Translations under genes and position numbers: made by a program
Notes under the pieces: generated by a model
Seen by the model: only the letters and a program-made list of their open reading frames with translations
Databases searched by the model: none
Told to the model about the DNA's origin: nothing
Part shown: one piece after another, positions 37,231 through 47,499 of the stretch
How positions within the stretch are numbered: the first letter of the stretch is position 1
Layout of the letters: each line of letters starts with the position of its first letter
Assembly: GCA_905479135.1 (NCBI GenBank)
Contig: CAJQLJ010000043.1
Span: 3,433 to 67,432 of the forward strand
DNA length: 64,000 bases
Source: an uncultured Campylobacterales bacterium
Lineage (GTDB): Bacteria; Campylobacterota; Campylobacteria; Campylobacterales; Arcobacteraceae
Direction: 5' to 3'

Positions 37231-38538
37231 ATGATATTTTTTAGAGTTACACAGAATATTAATATTAAAACAACAGATGGCACTTTAGTTAATTACCATA
37301 GATTTAAAACGCCATCTAATTTGGAAAATGATACTGTTTACATAACAAGTGAAAATGATTTTAATGATTTGAAGAATGTTTTTAAAAATGTTGATAAAAA
37401 TAAATATCAAATAAAACTTTTAAAAGAGGATTCAATAAGAGAATTAGAATCTTTTCCTATTGAATTAGGTATTAGTAATAAGAATGAATACTTAAAGTCT
37501 TTAGATTTCAAAAAAAATACAGAAAAAAAATTAACGATAAATAAAAATGAAATATTATCTTTATTTGATGAATCAAACAAAGTTGATATTTTTGCTCAAT
37601 TAATAAAAAAACTTGGTGATGAAATATCTATTGCTATAATCGGTGGAGTTGGTAGAAATATTAGTGAAATAGTATCTTCTTGTACGGCTTTAAGAATATT
37701 AAATAATAAATTAGAAGAACTTTATAAAAATATTAAAATTGATATATATATTGATGCTTCAAATAATAGTTTCTATTCAAGAGACAAAGAAATTTATTTA
37801 AAGCAGAAGTTTATAAATAATGTGCTTCCTTTAAGTATCACGAGTAAAAAGTTTTGTTCTTATGATTACTTTATTGATAATAGTTCTGTGATGGAAAAAC
37901 TCTCAGTTTTTAACAATTTAAATATTGTTGATTCTTGGTTATATAAATTTGGTATAGATTATAAAACTATAAGTCCATTTGATAAATATAATGAATTAGA
38001 AATAAAAGATTTGCTTGTTTCAAAAAATCTAGAAGAGAAGATAAAATCAATTAAATTAAAAGGAAAACTTTTATTATTTCATCCTTTTTCTGCAAGAATA
38101 AATAAAACGATTCCTAAAAATATTGCTAATGTAATGTTAAAAAAGCTATTGTCAAAAATGGATGATTATACTATTATTTCAACATTAAATATTGCTTCAG
38201 AAATTGTTGATGATAGATTTGTAAACTTATCAAAAGATTCTAAAACGATAAATGATTTCATATATATTATTTCTAATATGAATGCTATTATAACGACAGA
38301 TACTTCAACTTTTCATATTTCAGATGCATTTATGATTCCTACTATTGTATTATCAACTGATACAAAAATCGATACTAAAGTTGAATATTACAATTATGTT
38401 AAAACTATTAAAATTATAGATAAATCAAAGTCATTATCAAAATTTATTTATGATAATGACTCCTTGACTTTATATAGATATAAATCATGGCAAAGCCTTA
38501 AAGTATCGAAGATTATAAAACTATTAGATACTTTTTGA
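37231..38538 (+). CDS. Hypothetical protein with GT9 (heptosyltransferase)-like C-terminal region
   Basis: LFHPFSA..NK.IP and ITTDTSTFHISDAF.IPTI.L resemble GT-B family 9 motifs; N-terminus not recognised. Confidence 0.7.
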   Translation: MIFFRVTQNINIKTTDGTLVNYHRFKTPSNLENDTVYITSENDFNDLKNVFKNVDKNKYQIKLLKEDSIRELESFPIELGISNKNEYLKSLDFKKNTEKKLTINKNEILSLFDESNKVDIFAQLIKKLGDEISIAIIGGVGRNISEIVSSCTALRILNNKLEELYKNIKIDIYIDASNNSFYSRDKEIYLKQKFINNVLPLSITSKKFCSYDYFIDNSSVMEKLSVFNNLNIVDSWLYKFGIDYKTISPFDKYNELEIKDLLVSKNLEEKIKSIKLKGKLLLFHPFSARINKTIPKNIANVMLKKLLSKMDDYTIISTLNIASEIVDDRFVNLSKDSKTINDFIYIISNMNAIITTDTSTFHISDAFMIPTIVLSTDTKIDTKVEYYNYVKTIKIIDKSKSLSKFIYDNDSLTLYRYKSWQSLKVSKIIKLLDTF

Positions 38539-38544
38539 TATAAT
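38536..38544 (+). promoter_or_regulatory. Extended -10 promoter for purE-glyQ
   Basis: TGA-TATAAT (TGn TATAAT), overlapping the upstream stop codon, ~33 nt before the purE ATG. Confidence 0.6.
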
Positions 38545-38576
38545 CGGGTTTTTACATGTAAATTAAGGATTTAAAA

Positions 38577-39071
38577 ATGAATTTTGTGTCTATTGTTTTA
38601 GGTAGTAAATCAGATTATGAAATAATGAAACATTGCACAGATACTTTTGAAAAATTTAATGTTAGATATGAACTTATTGTATCTTCAGCACATAGATCTT
38701 CAGTTAGAACTAAAACTTATATTAAAGAAGCAGAAGAGAAAGGTGCTGTAGCATTTATAGCTGCTGCTGGAATGGCTGCACATTTAGCAGGTACATTAGC
38801 TTCAATTACTACAAAACCTGTTATTGGAGTACCAATGAAAGGTGGAGCTATGGATGGTATGGATGCAATGCTTTCAACCGTTCAGATGCCTGCTGGAATG
38901 CCAGTAGGGACTTTAGCACTTGGAAAATCTGGAGCTGTTAATGCTGCATATTTTACAATGCAGATTCTTGCTATTACAGATAGTGAGTTAGCTGTAAAAT
39001 TAAAAGAAGATAGAATTGTACAAGCTAAAAAAGTTGAAACGGATTCATTAGAAATAGAAGTACTTTTATAA
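38577..39071 (+). CDS. purE: N5-CAIR mutase
   Basis: GSKSD, SAHR, AAAGMAAHL, STVQMP.G.PV. Confidence 0.98.
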   Translation: MNFVSIVLGSKSDYEIMKHCTDTFEKFNVRYELIVSSAHRSSVRTKTYIKEAEEKGAVAFIAAAGMAAHLAGTLASITTKPVIGVPMKGGAMDGMDAMLSTVQMPAGMPVGTLALGKSGAVNAAYFTMQILAITDSELAVKLKEDRIVQAKKVETDSLEIEVLL

Positions 39072-39107
39072 TTAAAGTATAAGAAATTAAAATTAGGAAT
39101 TAAATAG

Positions 39108-40043
39108 ATGGTTACATTTTCACAAATTCTATTAAAACTACAAGAGTTTTGGGCTAATCAAGGATGTAATATAGTACAACCTTATGATATTCCAGCAGGT
39201 GCTGGTACTTTCCATCCTTCAACACTTTTAAGAAGTTTAGATTCAACTCCTTGGTCAACTGCATATGTTGCGCCAAGTAGAAGACCTACTGATGGAAGAT
39301 ATGGAGAGAATCCAAATAGGTTAGGAGCTTATTACCAGTTTCAAACTCTAATTAAACCAAGTCCAGATAATATTCAGGATTTATATTTACAATCTTTAGA
39401 GTTTTTAGGTTTAGATTTATCAAAACATGATATTAGGTTTGTTGAAGATAACTGGGAGTCTCCGACTCTTGGCGCTTGGGGTCTTGGATGGGAAGTATGG
39501 CTTGATGGTATGGAAGTAACACAATTTACTTATTTTCAACAAGTAGGTGGTCTTCCTTGTGATCCTGTTGCTGTAGAAATTACATATGGAACAGAAAGAC
39601 TTGCTATGTATTTACAAGGTGTTGATTCTGTATTTGATATTGTTTGGAATGAAAATGAACACGGTATTACTACTTATGCAGATGTTCACAAAGAGAGTGA
39701 ATATGAATTCTCTAAATATAATTTTGAAATAGCTGACGTAGATATGTTATTTAGACATTTTGATGAAGCTTTTGATGAGTGTAAAATTTGCTTAGAAAAT
39801 GGACTACCACTTCCAGCATATGATCAATGTATGATTGCATCTCATGCTTTTAATACATTAGATGCGAGAAAAGCAATTTCTGTAACAGAAAGACAGAATT
39901 ATATTTTAAAAGTTCGAGAGTTGTCTCAAGGTTGTGCAATTTTATATAAGAGCCAAGAACCTCAAAGATTAGAAAGAGTTAATACTAAGTCTTCTTTGGA
40001 AGCTTTAGAGAAACTAAAACTAAATAATCCTGAATTATTTTAG
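39108..40043 (+). CDS. glyQ: Glycine-tRNA ligase alpha subunit
   Basis: [31 protein letters not shown]. Confidence 0.99.
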   Translation: MVTFSQILLKLQEFWANQGCNIVQPYDIPAGAGTFHPSTLLRSLDSTPWSTAYVAPSRRPTDGRYGENPNRLGAYYQFQTLIKPSPDNIQDLYLQSLEFLGLDLSKHDIRFVEDNWESPTLGAWGLGWEVWLDGMEVTQFTYFQQVGGLPCDPVAVEITYGTERLAMYLQGVDSVFDIVWNENEHGITTYADVHKESEYEFSKYNFEIADVDMLFRHFDEAFDECKICLENGLPLPAYDQCMIASHAFNTLDARKAISVTERQNYILKVRELSQGCAILYKSQEPQRLERVNTKSSLEALEKLKLNNPELF

Positions 40044-40055
40044 TTAAGGCTTACT

Positions 40056-40811
40056 TTGCAAGTTAAAGAAATATATACTTTTTTAGATCAACTATCCCCA
40101 TTTGTTTTACAAGAAAAATGGGATAATGCTGGCTTACTTGTAGGTTCTTTTGATGATGAAATAAAAAAGATTTATATTAGTATTGATTTAGATGAAGAAT
40201 TGCTTGATGAGGTAGAAAATAATTCATTGATCATTACTCATCATCCTTTGATTTTTAAAGGTTTAAAAAGAGTTAATTATGACTCATATAGTAGTAAATT
40301 ACTTCAAAAACTAATTAAAAAAGATATATCTTTAATTTCTATGCATACGAATATAGATAAAACACATTTAAATAAATATGTAGTTAGTGAAATTTTAGGT
40401 TTTAAACTTGAAAATACTGATGAATTTATTTCGTATGCAAATGTAAATATGAAGTTTAATGATTTAGTAAAACATATATCAAAGAAATTAGATTTAAAAA
40501 CTGCTAAAACAGTTAGATGTAATGATTTTATAAAGAGTGTAGCAATAGTTACAGGTTCAGGGATGTCATTAATTGATGACGTAAAAGCTGATTGTTTCTT
40601 AACAGGTGATGTAAAATATCATGATGCAATGGAAGCAAAGGCAAGAGGTATTTCATTAATTGATATAAGACATTATGAGAGTGAAAGATACTTTAGCAGC
40701 TTGCTAGAAGGACTTCTTTCAGAATATTTGAAAAAAAATAAATTAACAGCTATAATAACAGCTTCAAAAAATCCATTTGAGTTTTTTATAGAAGGAGAAA
40801 CGATTGAATAA
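40056..40811 (+). CDS. Nif3-like dinuclear metal protein
   Basis: WDNAGL, ITHHPL, HTNID, TGD.KYH, HYESE. Confidence 0.95.
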   Translation: MQVKEIYTFLDQLSPFVLQEKWDNAGLLVGSFDDEIKKIYISIDLDEELLDEVENNSLIITHHPLIFKGLKRVNYDSYSSKLLQKLIKKDISLISMHTNIDKTHLNKYVVSEILGFKLENTDEFISYANVNMKFNDLVKHISKKLDLKTAKTVRCNDFIKSVAIVTGSGMSLIDDVKADCFLTGDVKYHDAMEAKARGISLIDIRHYESERYFSSLLEGLLSEYLKKNKLTAIITASKNPFEFFIEGETIE

Positions 40812-41532
40812 GTATTTACAGGATTTAATTAAATTATCAAAATTTGATACAGCAATTAGTATGTTCGAGCCGAAGATTGAAAATGAGAAGGCTAAATTAG
40901 CAACTTTTGTTGAAACTGCAGAAGAGATGAAAGCATCAATTAATGCATTGTATTTAGAGGTTGATGATATTAAATCTAAAAGAACGAAGAATAATATACA
41001 TTTATCTGAGTTGAAATCTAAGTTAGAAGATATTTCAAAAAAGAATGATAATATCCAAACAGAAAAAGAGTTAAAAGCTTTACAATTAGAAGAAGAAATT
41101 GCTAAAGAACAAATTTCGTTCGCAAATGAAGAGATTGTTAGATTAGATACATTATCTGAATCAAAAGAAGAAAACTTAAAAGATTTACAAGAGAAATTAA
41201 CAGAAGAAGAAGAATCTATTAAAGATATTCAAGTTGCTGTTGATAATGCTATTGAAGAAATTAACAAAGAAAGAAATGTTGTATATCAAGATAGAAGTGA
41301 ATTATTAGAAAAATTTGATAATAAAATTTTAACGTTCTATGAAAAAATCAAAAGATGGGCAAAAGACTCTGCAGTTGTTCCTGTGAAAAAACAAGCATGT
41401 TATGGTTGTTATATGAAAATTAATGATAAAACTTATGCTGAAGTTATTAAGTCAGAAGAAATTGTAAATTGTCCACATTGTGGAAGAATACTTTACAAAG
41501 AACCAGAAACTGAAGAGACAAAAGAGGCTTAG
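40804..41532 (+). CDS. Coiled-coil C4 zinc-ribbon protein (HP0958/CT398-like)
   Basis: Long coiled coil followed by CYGC...CPHCGRILY. Confidence 0.93.
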   Translation: MNKYLQDLIKLSKFDTAISMFEPKIENEKAKLATFVETAEEMKASINALYLEVDDIKSKRTKNNIHLSELKSKLEDISKKNDNIQTEKELKALQLEEEIAKEQISFANEEIVRLDTLSESKEENLKDLQEKLTEEEESIKDIQVAVDNAIEEINKERNVVYQDRSELLEKFDNKILTFYEKIKRWAKDSAVVPVKKQACYGCYMKINDKTYAEVIKSEEIVNCPHCGRILYKEPETEETKEA

Positions 41533-41533
41533 T

Positions 41534-42685
41534 TTGAGCCTTTTTAGTATATCTTATTACATAATTTCATGTGTAATATATATACTTGCTTTACCTTATT
41601 TAATCTTCAAATCTAAGAACCCTAAATATAAAGAAGCTATTCCCTCAAAATTCTTTTTAAAAAATAATCCGAAATTTAAAAAAGATGGCATTTGGTTTCA
41701 TTCTTGTTCTATGGGTGAAACAAAAGCTATTAAACCTTTAATAGATTATTTTAAAGAAGAGGCTAATGTTTCTGTAATTACTAATACAGGATTTGAAGAA
41801 GCCTTAAAGCTTACTTCTAATGTACGTTATTTACCTTATGAAATGTTTTTACCTTTTTGGATAAATAAACAAAAGGTTTTAGTCGTTATGGAAGCTGAAT
41901 TATGGTTTATGCTATTTCTTTTTGCTAAAAGAAAAGGTGCAAAAACTTTTTTAATAAACGCAAGAATCTCTGATAAATCATACGACTCATATAAAAGATT
42001 TTCATTTTTTTATAAGAGAATTTTTAAGAATATTGATAAAGTTTTTGCACAAAGTAATATTGACAAAGAAAGATTAGAAAAATTAGGTGCTATAAATGTT
42101 GAAGTACTTGGTAATATTAAATTAGCACAAGAACCAAAAATAAATAAAATACTAAGTAAAACTGATAGTATTTTAATAACAGCTGCAAGTACTCATGAAA
42201 ATGAAGAAAAGCTTATCCTTGATGCTTATGAAAGAAATCAAGGCCGATTAGTAATAGTTCCTAGACATCCAGAAAGGTTTGATAGTGTTGATTTACTAAT
42301 CAAAGAGTATATAAAAGGTAAATCTTTAACTTATCATAAATACTCAAAAAAAGAGAGTTTTAATTCTGATATAATCCTTGTAGACAAGATGGGTATTTTA
42401 AATGATATCTTTGCTATATCAGATGTAGTAGTTTTAGGTGGTGCATTCGAAAAGATTGGAGGACATAATCCAATTGAACCTGCATTTTTTAAATGTAAGT
42501 TAATTAGTGGAAAGAATATATTTAATCAAAAACCACTTTTTGAATGTGTTAAAAATTTTTATTTAATAGAAAACAATGAATTAAATAAATATTTAAATAA
42601 TATAGAAAATCTAAAGAATACAGTATTAACAAAAGCTGGTTCAATAGATCCAATAATAAAGGAAATAAATGCCTGTAAGAGATAA
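41534..42685 (+). CDS. waaA: Kdo transferase
   Basis: IWFH.CSMGE, EAELW, INARISD.S, STH, PRHPERF, GGHNPIEPA. TTG start at 41534 with GAGG SD. Confidence 0.96.
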   Translation: MSLFSISYYIISCVIYILALPYLIFKSKNPKYKEAIPSKFFLKNNPKFKKDGIWFHSCSMGETKAIKPLIDYFKEEANVSVITNTGFEEALKLTSNVRYLPYEMFLPFWINKQKVLVVMEAELWFMLFLFAKRKGAKTFLINARISDKSYDSYKRFSFFYKRIFKNIDKVFAQSNIDKERLEKLGAINVEVLGNIKLAQEPKINKILSKTDSILITAASTHENEEKLILDAYERNQGRLVIVPRHPERFDSVDLLIKEYIKGKSLTYHKYSKKESFNSDIILVDKMGILNDIFAISDVVVLGGAFEKIGGHNPIEPAFFKCKLISGKNIFNQKPLFECVKNFYLIENNELNKYLNNIENLKNTVLTKAGSIDPIIKEINACKR

Positions 42686-43421
42686 AGCATATAAATTATT
42701 AGCAATTCAAGAAGGAATTTCTAATTCAAAAGCTAAAGAACTAATTGATAAAGGATTAGTAAGAGTTGGTGGTAAAAAAGTTATGATTGCCCGTGGTGAA
42801 ATAAAAGGTGATACACATTTTATTGTAAAAGATATAGCACCAATAAAAGTGATTTTTCAAGATAATGATATTTTAGTTGTAGACAAACCTGCATTTTTAA
42901 CAGCAGATGAAGTTGCTAAAAAATATCCTGATGCATTATTATTGAACAGACTTGATAAAGAGACAAGTGGTGTAATGATGTTTGCAAAAAATGAATTATT
43001 TCAAAATAGAGCAATTAAAGAGTTTAAACAAAATAAGGTTTATAAAGAATACGTTGCAATTGTTGAAGGGAAAGTTATTGATGAAATTATTATTGATAAA
43101 CCAATTCTTACAACTAAAGATAGAGGTAGTGCTAAATCAAAAATTGATGTTAAAAAAGGTAAACCTGCAAAATCAACTGTTTATCCAATGTTAGTTGAAG
43201 GTAATAAATCTAAAATAAAAGTTGTTATTGAATCTGGACGAACTCATCAAATTAGAGTTCATTTAAACTCAGTAGGATTACCAATTATTGGCGATGGTGT
43301 TTATGGAAGAACAGCTACAAATGTAACTAGAGTTTTATTACATTCAAAAATTACAAAAATCTTTGATTATGAATTTGAATCTAAAGAACCTAGAGAATTT
43401 AAAGTATATGAATTTAATTAA
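42669..43421 (+). CDS. RluA-family pseudouridine synthase
   Basis: S4-like N-terminus, DKP, RLDKETSG, GRTHQIRVH, PIIGD..YG. Confidence 0.95.
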   Translation: MPVRDKAYKLLAIQEGISNSKAKELIDKGLVRVGGKKVMIARGEIKGDTHFIVKDIAPIKVIFQDNDILVVDKPAFLTADEVAKKYPDALLLNRLDKETSGVMMFAKNELFQNRAIKEFKQNKVYKEYVAIVEGKVIDEIIIDKPILTTKDRGSAKSKIDVKKGKPAKSTVYPMLVEGNKSKIKVVIESGRTHQIRVHLNSVGLPIIGDGVYGRTATNVTRVLLHSKITKIFDYEFESKEPREFKVYEFN

Positions 43422-43450
43422 AATTTAAGTATAAATATTTGAATTAAAAA

Positions 43451-43480
43451 CGACAAAAGCCTTAAACTAGGTTTTTGTTG
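43451..43480 (+). terminator. Hairpin/terminator before ffh
   Basis: CGACAAAAGCCT-taaact-AGGTTTTTGTTG. Confidence 0.6.
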
Positions 43481-43593
43481 AACCTGAATAAAACCTGAAA
43501 ACTAAATATAATCTTAAAAAAGACATAGTTAATCTAACTTGAAGTATAAAAAACGTATAATTCACAAAATTTAAAAAATCTAGGAGTTGAGTT

Positions 43594-44946
43594 TTGTTTG
43601 ATTCAATAACCGGTTCAATAAAAAATGCTGTTAATAAAATAAGACATAAAGATGATGTTTCTTCATTAAAAAAAGCTACGTTAGAATTAAAAAAATCTTT
43701 ATTAAAAGCGGACGTTCATCATAAGACAACAAAAGAATTAGTTACAGCTATTGAATTAGAAACTAAAAGAATTGGTATTGGTCAAGATTCATTTATTGAT
43801 GCATTAAAAAGTGAATTAATTAAAATATTAACAACAGAGGGAAACCAAGGATTTGTTTTCTCTAACACTCCTCCTACAACGATTTTGATGACAGGACTTC
43901 AAGGTTCTGGTAAGACAACAACAACTGGTAAATTAGCTACTTACTTAAAACAAAGAAAGAAAAAAGTTCTAGTTGCAGCTGGCGATTTACAAAGACTTGC
44001 AGCAGTTGAACAATTAAAGCAAATTGCAACACAAATTGAAGTTGATGTTTATTTTGATGATAATGAAACTAATCCTATTAAAATTGCACTTGCTGCAAAA
44101 GAAAAAGCTACAAAAGAGCATTATGATGTTTTATTAATAGATACAGCAGGACGACTTGCTATTGATGAAGAATTAATGACTCAATTAAAAGAGGTTAGAG
44201 ACGCAGTTAATCCAGATGAAATTTTTTATGTTGCTGATTCTTTAACGGGTCATGATGCCACTAAAACAGCAACTTCATTTAAAGAGCAAATTGGTATTGA
44301 CGGTGTAATTTTATCTAAATATGATGGAGATACTAAAGGTGGTGTTGCTTTATCTATTGCTTCACAAGTTGGTGTTCCTTTACGATTTATTGGTACTGGT
44401 GAAAAAATGCCAGACCTTGAAGTATTTATTCCTGATAGAATTGTTTCAAGATTATTAGGTTTAGGAGATATTGAAGGTTTAGCTGAAAGAACTTCTGCTG
44501 TGATTGATGAGAAAAAAGCAAAAGAAGTAAGTAGAAAAATCAAAAAAGGTGAATTTAACTTTAATGACTTTTTAGACCAATTAGCAATGATGAGTAAATT
44601 AGGTTCTATGAAGTCAATTATTGGAATGATACCAGGACTTTCACAAATGGCAGGTCCACTAAAAGACATGGATTTCGAAAACTCTGATGAGATCAAAAGA
44701 ATTAAAGCATTAATAGGCTCAATGACTGAAAAAGAAAGATTAGAACCATCTTTAATAAATCCAAGTAGAAAAAAAAGAATTTCAAAAGGTTCTGGACTTT
44801 CAGAAGTTCAAATAAATAAAATCCTAAAGCAATTTAAAAATGCTTCTAAGATGGCTAAAAAATTATCATCAAAAGGTGGAATGAAAGGCTTACAAAACAT
44901 GATGTCTCAAATGGGACCTGGTGGAATGCCTAACTTACCACGATAA
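43594..44946 (+). CDS. ffh: Signal recognition particle protein
   Basis: GLQGSGKTT, DTAGR, DGDTKGG, Met-rich M domain; TTG start with AGGAG SD. Confidence 0.99.
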   Translation: MFDSITGSIKNAVNKIRHKDDVSSLKKATLELKKSLLKADVHHKTTKELVTAIELETKRIGIGQDSFIDALKSELIKILTTEGNQGFVFSNTPPTTILMTGLQGSGKTTTTGKLATYLKQRKKKVLVAAGDLQRLAAVEQLKQIATQIEVDVYFDDNETNPIKIALAAKEKATKEHYDVLLIDTAGRLAIDEELMTQLKEVRDAVNPDEIFYVADSLTGHDATKTATSFKEQIGIDGVILSKYDGDTKGGVALSIASQVGVPLRFIGTGEKMPDLEVFIPDRIVSRLLGLGDIEGLAERTSAVIDEKKAKEVSRKIKKGEFNFNDFLDQLAMMSKLGSMKSIIGMIPGLSQMAGPLKDMDFENSDEIKRIKALIGSMTEKERLEPSLINPSRKKRISKGSGLSEVQINKILKQFKNASKMAKKLSSKGGMKGLQNMMSQMGPGGMPNLPR

Positions 44947-45040
44947 ATAAAGTATAAATAGTGTTGAGCTGTGAACTTATTTGATAATGGAGTTCAGATT
45001 TCAATACTATAATAAAAGTATAAATAAAAAGGAAAAAAAC

Positions 45041-45268
45041 ATGACAGTAATTAGATTAACAAGAATGGGAAGAAACAAAAAACCATTTTACAGAATCGTT
45101 GTAACAGACTCAAGAAAAAGAAGAGATTCAGGATGGATTGAATCAATTGGTTACTTTAACCCAGTTGCAGAACCTAAAGTATTAAAGATTGACCAAGAGA
45201 GATATGATTACTGGTTAAGTGTTGGTGCTAAACCTTCTGAAAAAGTTGCAAAATTAGCAGCTAAATAA
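45041..45268 (+). CDS. rpsP: 30S ribosomal protein S16
   Basis: [21 protein letters not shown]; ATG at 45041 with AAGGA SD. Confidence 0.99.
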   Translation: MTVIRLTRMGRNKKPFYRIVVTDSRKRRDSGWIESIGYFNPVAEPKVLKIDQERYDYWLSVGAKPSEKVAKLAAK

Positions 45269-45285
45269 TTAGTTGAATAATAGCT

Positions 45286-45525
45286 ATGATTACTGATTTT
45301 ATTAAAAATTATGCAAAACTGATTGTTAGTGTACCTGATGATGTAACTGTTACTATAAAATCTATCGATGAAACTTTTGCAGAAATTACAGTTGAAGCAA
45401 ATAGTTCTGATATTGGTAAACTTATTGGTAAAAATGGTAATATGATTAATGCTTTAAAAACTATGGCAAATGGTTGTAAGGCAAAAGATGGTATTTCATA
45501 TAAAATTCAAGTTACAGCAAAGTAG
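45286..45525 (+). CDS. khpA: KH-domain RNA-binding protein
   Basis: DIGKLIGKNG; lies between rpsP and rimM. Confidence 0.93.
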   Translation: MITDFIKNYAKLIVSVPDDVTVTIKSIDETFAEITVEANSSDIGKLIGKNGNMINALKTMANGCKAKDGISYKIQVTAK

Positions 45526-45534
45526 TTTTGATAA

Positions 45535-46065
45535 ATGAATAGTAATATATACGTAGCTAAATTAGGAAAAACTGTAGGTCTAAAAGGGCACTTAAAGCTT
45601 CATATAGACTCAGATTTTCCTGAGCAATTTAAAAAAGATGCAATCTTTGTAACTAATAGAAAAGTTAGCCTGAAGGTAGTTGAATATAATACAAACAGAG
45701 ACATTGTATTATTTGAAAACTATGAAAATATTGATCTTGCAAAAAAACTTATAAATCAAGAGCTTTTTGCTACTGCTGAACAAACAAGAGAAAATTGTAA
45801 CTTAAAAGATAATGAATTTTTTTGGTTTGATTTAATTGGTTGTGTCGTTTATGAAAATGATTTAAAGCTTGGTTTAATTAAAGATATTCACAGATATCCC
45901 ATTAGCGATTATCTAGAAATAAAAACTGATGAATTGTTAGTTTCTAAAGACCTACCTGAAACTTTTTTACTACCACATATTTTTGATACATATATCACAG
46001 AAGTAAATATAGAGAAAAAAGAATTAAAAGTTAAAGATGCTTACTCTATTTTAGAAAATTCATAA
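45535..46065 (+). CDS. rimM: Ribosome maturation factor RimM
   Basis: GKTVGLKG, EFFWFDLIG, FLLP. Confidence 0.97.
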   Translation: MNSNIYVAKLGKTVGLKGHLKLHIDSDFPEQFKKDAIFVTNRKVSLKVVEYNTNRDIVLFENYENIDLAKKLINQELFATAEQTRENCNLKDNEFFWFDLIGCVVYENDLKLGLIKDIHRYPISDYLEIKTDELLVSKDLPETFLLPHIFDTYITEVNIEKKELKVKDAYSILENS

Positions 46066-46070
46066 AAGCT

Positions 46071-46754
46071 TTAGTAATTACATCTTCTATCAAAGTCTTC
46101 TTTACTTAATTCAATTTTAGAAGCACTTTCAAAATTATTAACTAAGAGTTTTTCATATAAATCATTTCTTATGTTTTTATTATCAAATGGACCATATAAC
46201 AATTCAATTTTATTTGAATTATCTCGACAAAGCTTTACATTAGGATCAATTCGAATAATTGTATCAAGATAAGATTTATAAAGTTCACCTTCAATTTTTT
46301 TTACTCTTAGTAAAAGAATTAAATTATCTTTTTTTCTAAGCTCTTTTGTTTTTATTTCTTTAAGAAGTTTCTTACTATTTATCATTTCTTTTTTTAATAT
46401 TTTCAGTTCTTCTTTTTGTTTTTTTAATTCAACTTGTTTATCAAATAGCAATTTTTTTTCTTCAGATATTTTTTCTTCTTCTTTTTGTAAGATAGTTTTT
46501 ATATTATTTTCTTCTGTTTTTTTTATTTTTTTTTCTTCTTCCTCTTTTTCTCTTCTATTGTTTTCTTCTTCAAAGATATTTCTATTTGTAAATAGTATGA
46601 GTTGATTATTTAATTTATGATAGTTTATACCACTAATATCAAAAGCTCTATCTTTTTTCTTTGAATGAAAAAAGTTATTAAAAAATAGTACAGCTACTAA
46701 TACTAATAGTAATGAACATAATAGGATTAATAATGTTTTTTTTGATACTGTCAT
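46071..46754 (-). CDS. Membrane-anchored coiled-coil protein with SPOR-like C-terminus
   Basis: N-terminal TM helix, charged coiled coil, LLYGPF motif. Confidence 0.6.
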   Translation of the reverse strand: MTVSKKTLLILLCSLLLVLVAVLFFNNFFHSKKKDRAFDISGINYHKLNNQLILFTNRNIFEEENNRREKEEEEKKIKKTEENNIKTILQKEEEKISEEKKLLFDKQVELKKQKEELKILKKEMINSKKLLKEIKTKELRKKDNLILLLRVKKIEGELYKSYLDTIIRIDPNVKLCRDNSNKIELLYGPFDNKNIRNDLYEKLLVNNFESASKIELSKEDFDRRCNY

Positions 46755-46956
46755 GATATACTCTTTCTAGGTATCTAATTTTTAATCAGAATATCTTTTA
46801 AAATTAATATAATGTAGGGGAATTAAATCTTTATTTACTAGTCATTATATTTTAAGATGAATTAAATGATGGTAAATCAAAAAAATTATTTTTACTTTAT
46901 TAAGTAAAAATTTACAACAAATGACATATAATAAATTATTTAGATAAGGTTTTATT

Positions 46957-47499
46957 ATGGGTATGACTCAAAAAGAAATTGAAGCTTTAATTAATGGTTT
47001 GGATAGCATTAATAAAGTAAATGAAGATAAAGAGCCTAATATAAACATCGATGAAATTGAGAAGTTGATTTCTCAAAATAATAAAGCAGATAAAATAAAT
47101 AATTCTAATGAAAACTCTTCAAAAATAATTAATACTTTAAATTCAACACTAAGAAATAATAATGAGACACGTGAAAAACTAAACACTTTTAAAAATTATA
47201 TATATTCGAATTTTGAACTATTCAATTCTTTAAGTAATAAGTTTCCAAATATTGAAATATTCAAAGCTCAAATAGATCTTGCAGAAGATATGTCTAATAA
47301 TTTAAAGAACATAACAAATATTTTAGATGCAGAAGATAAAAAAATTATTGATCTTATTCATTTAATTAAACTCGGAGCTAATAATAGTGAAGAAATTGAT
47401 AAAGGTATAGCTGTTATTAGAAAATTATCCTTATACCTAAATAGATTACTAGAAGATGAATATTCTATTCAAGATATGAAAATTGAAAAAAGAAAGTGA
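46957..47499 (+). CDS. Degenerate Campylobacterota CheZ-like protein
   Basis: MTQKEIEAL.NG start, KFPNI..F and IRKLSLYLNRLLE resemble HP0170/Cj0700-type CheZ, but the DxxxQ motif is absent. Confidence 0.6.
   Translation: MGMTQKEIEALINGLDSINKVNEDKEPNINIDEIEKLISQNNKADKINNSNENSSKIINTLNSTLRNNNETREKLNTFKNYIYSNFELFNSLSNKFPNIEIFKAQIDLAEDMSNNLKNITNILDAEDKKIIDLIHLIKLGANNSEEIDKGIAVIRKLSLYLNRLLEDEYSIQDMKIEKRK

Noticed and set aside
41480-45040. Longer ORF-track starts for waaA (41480) and rpsP (44981); likewise rplA 2496, fumarase 55945 and kinase 56684
   Set aside because: The downstream starts have SD sequences and match family N-termini; the extensions overlap other genes or hairpins.
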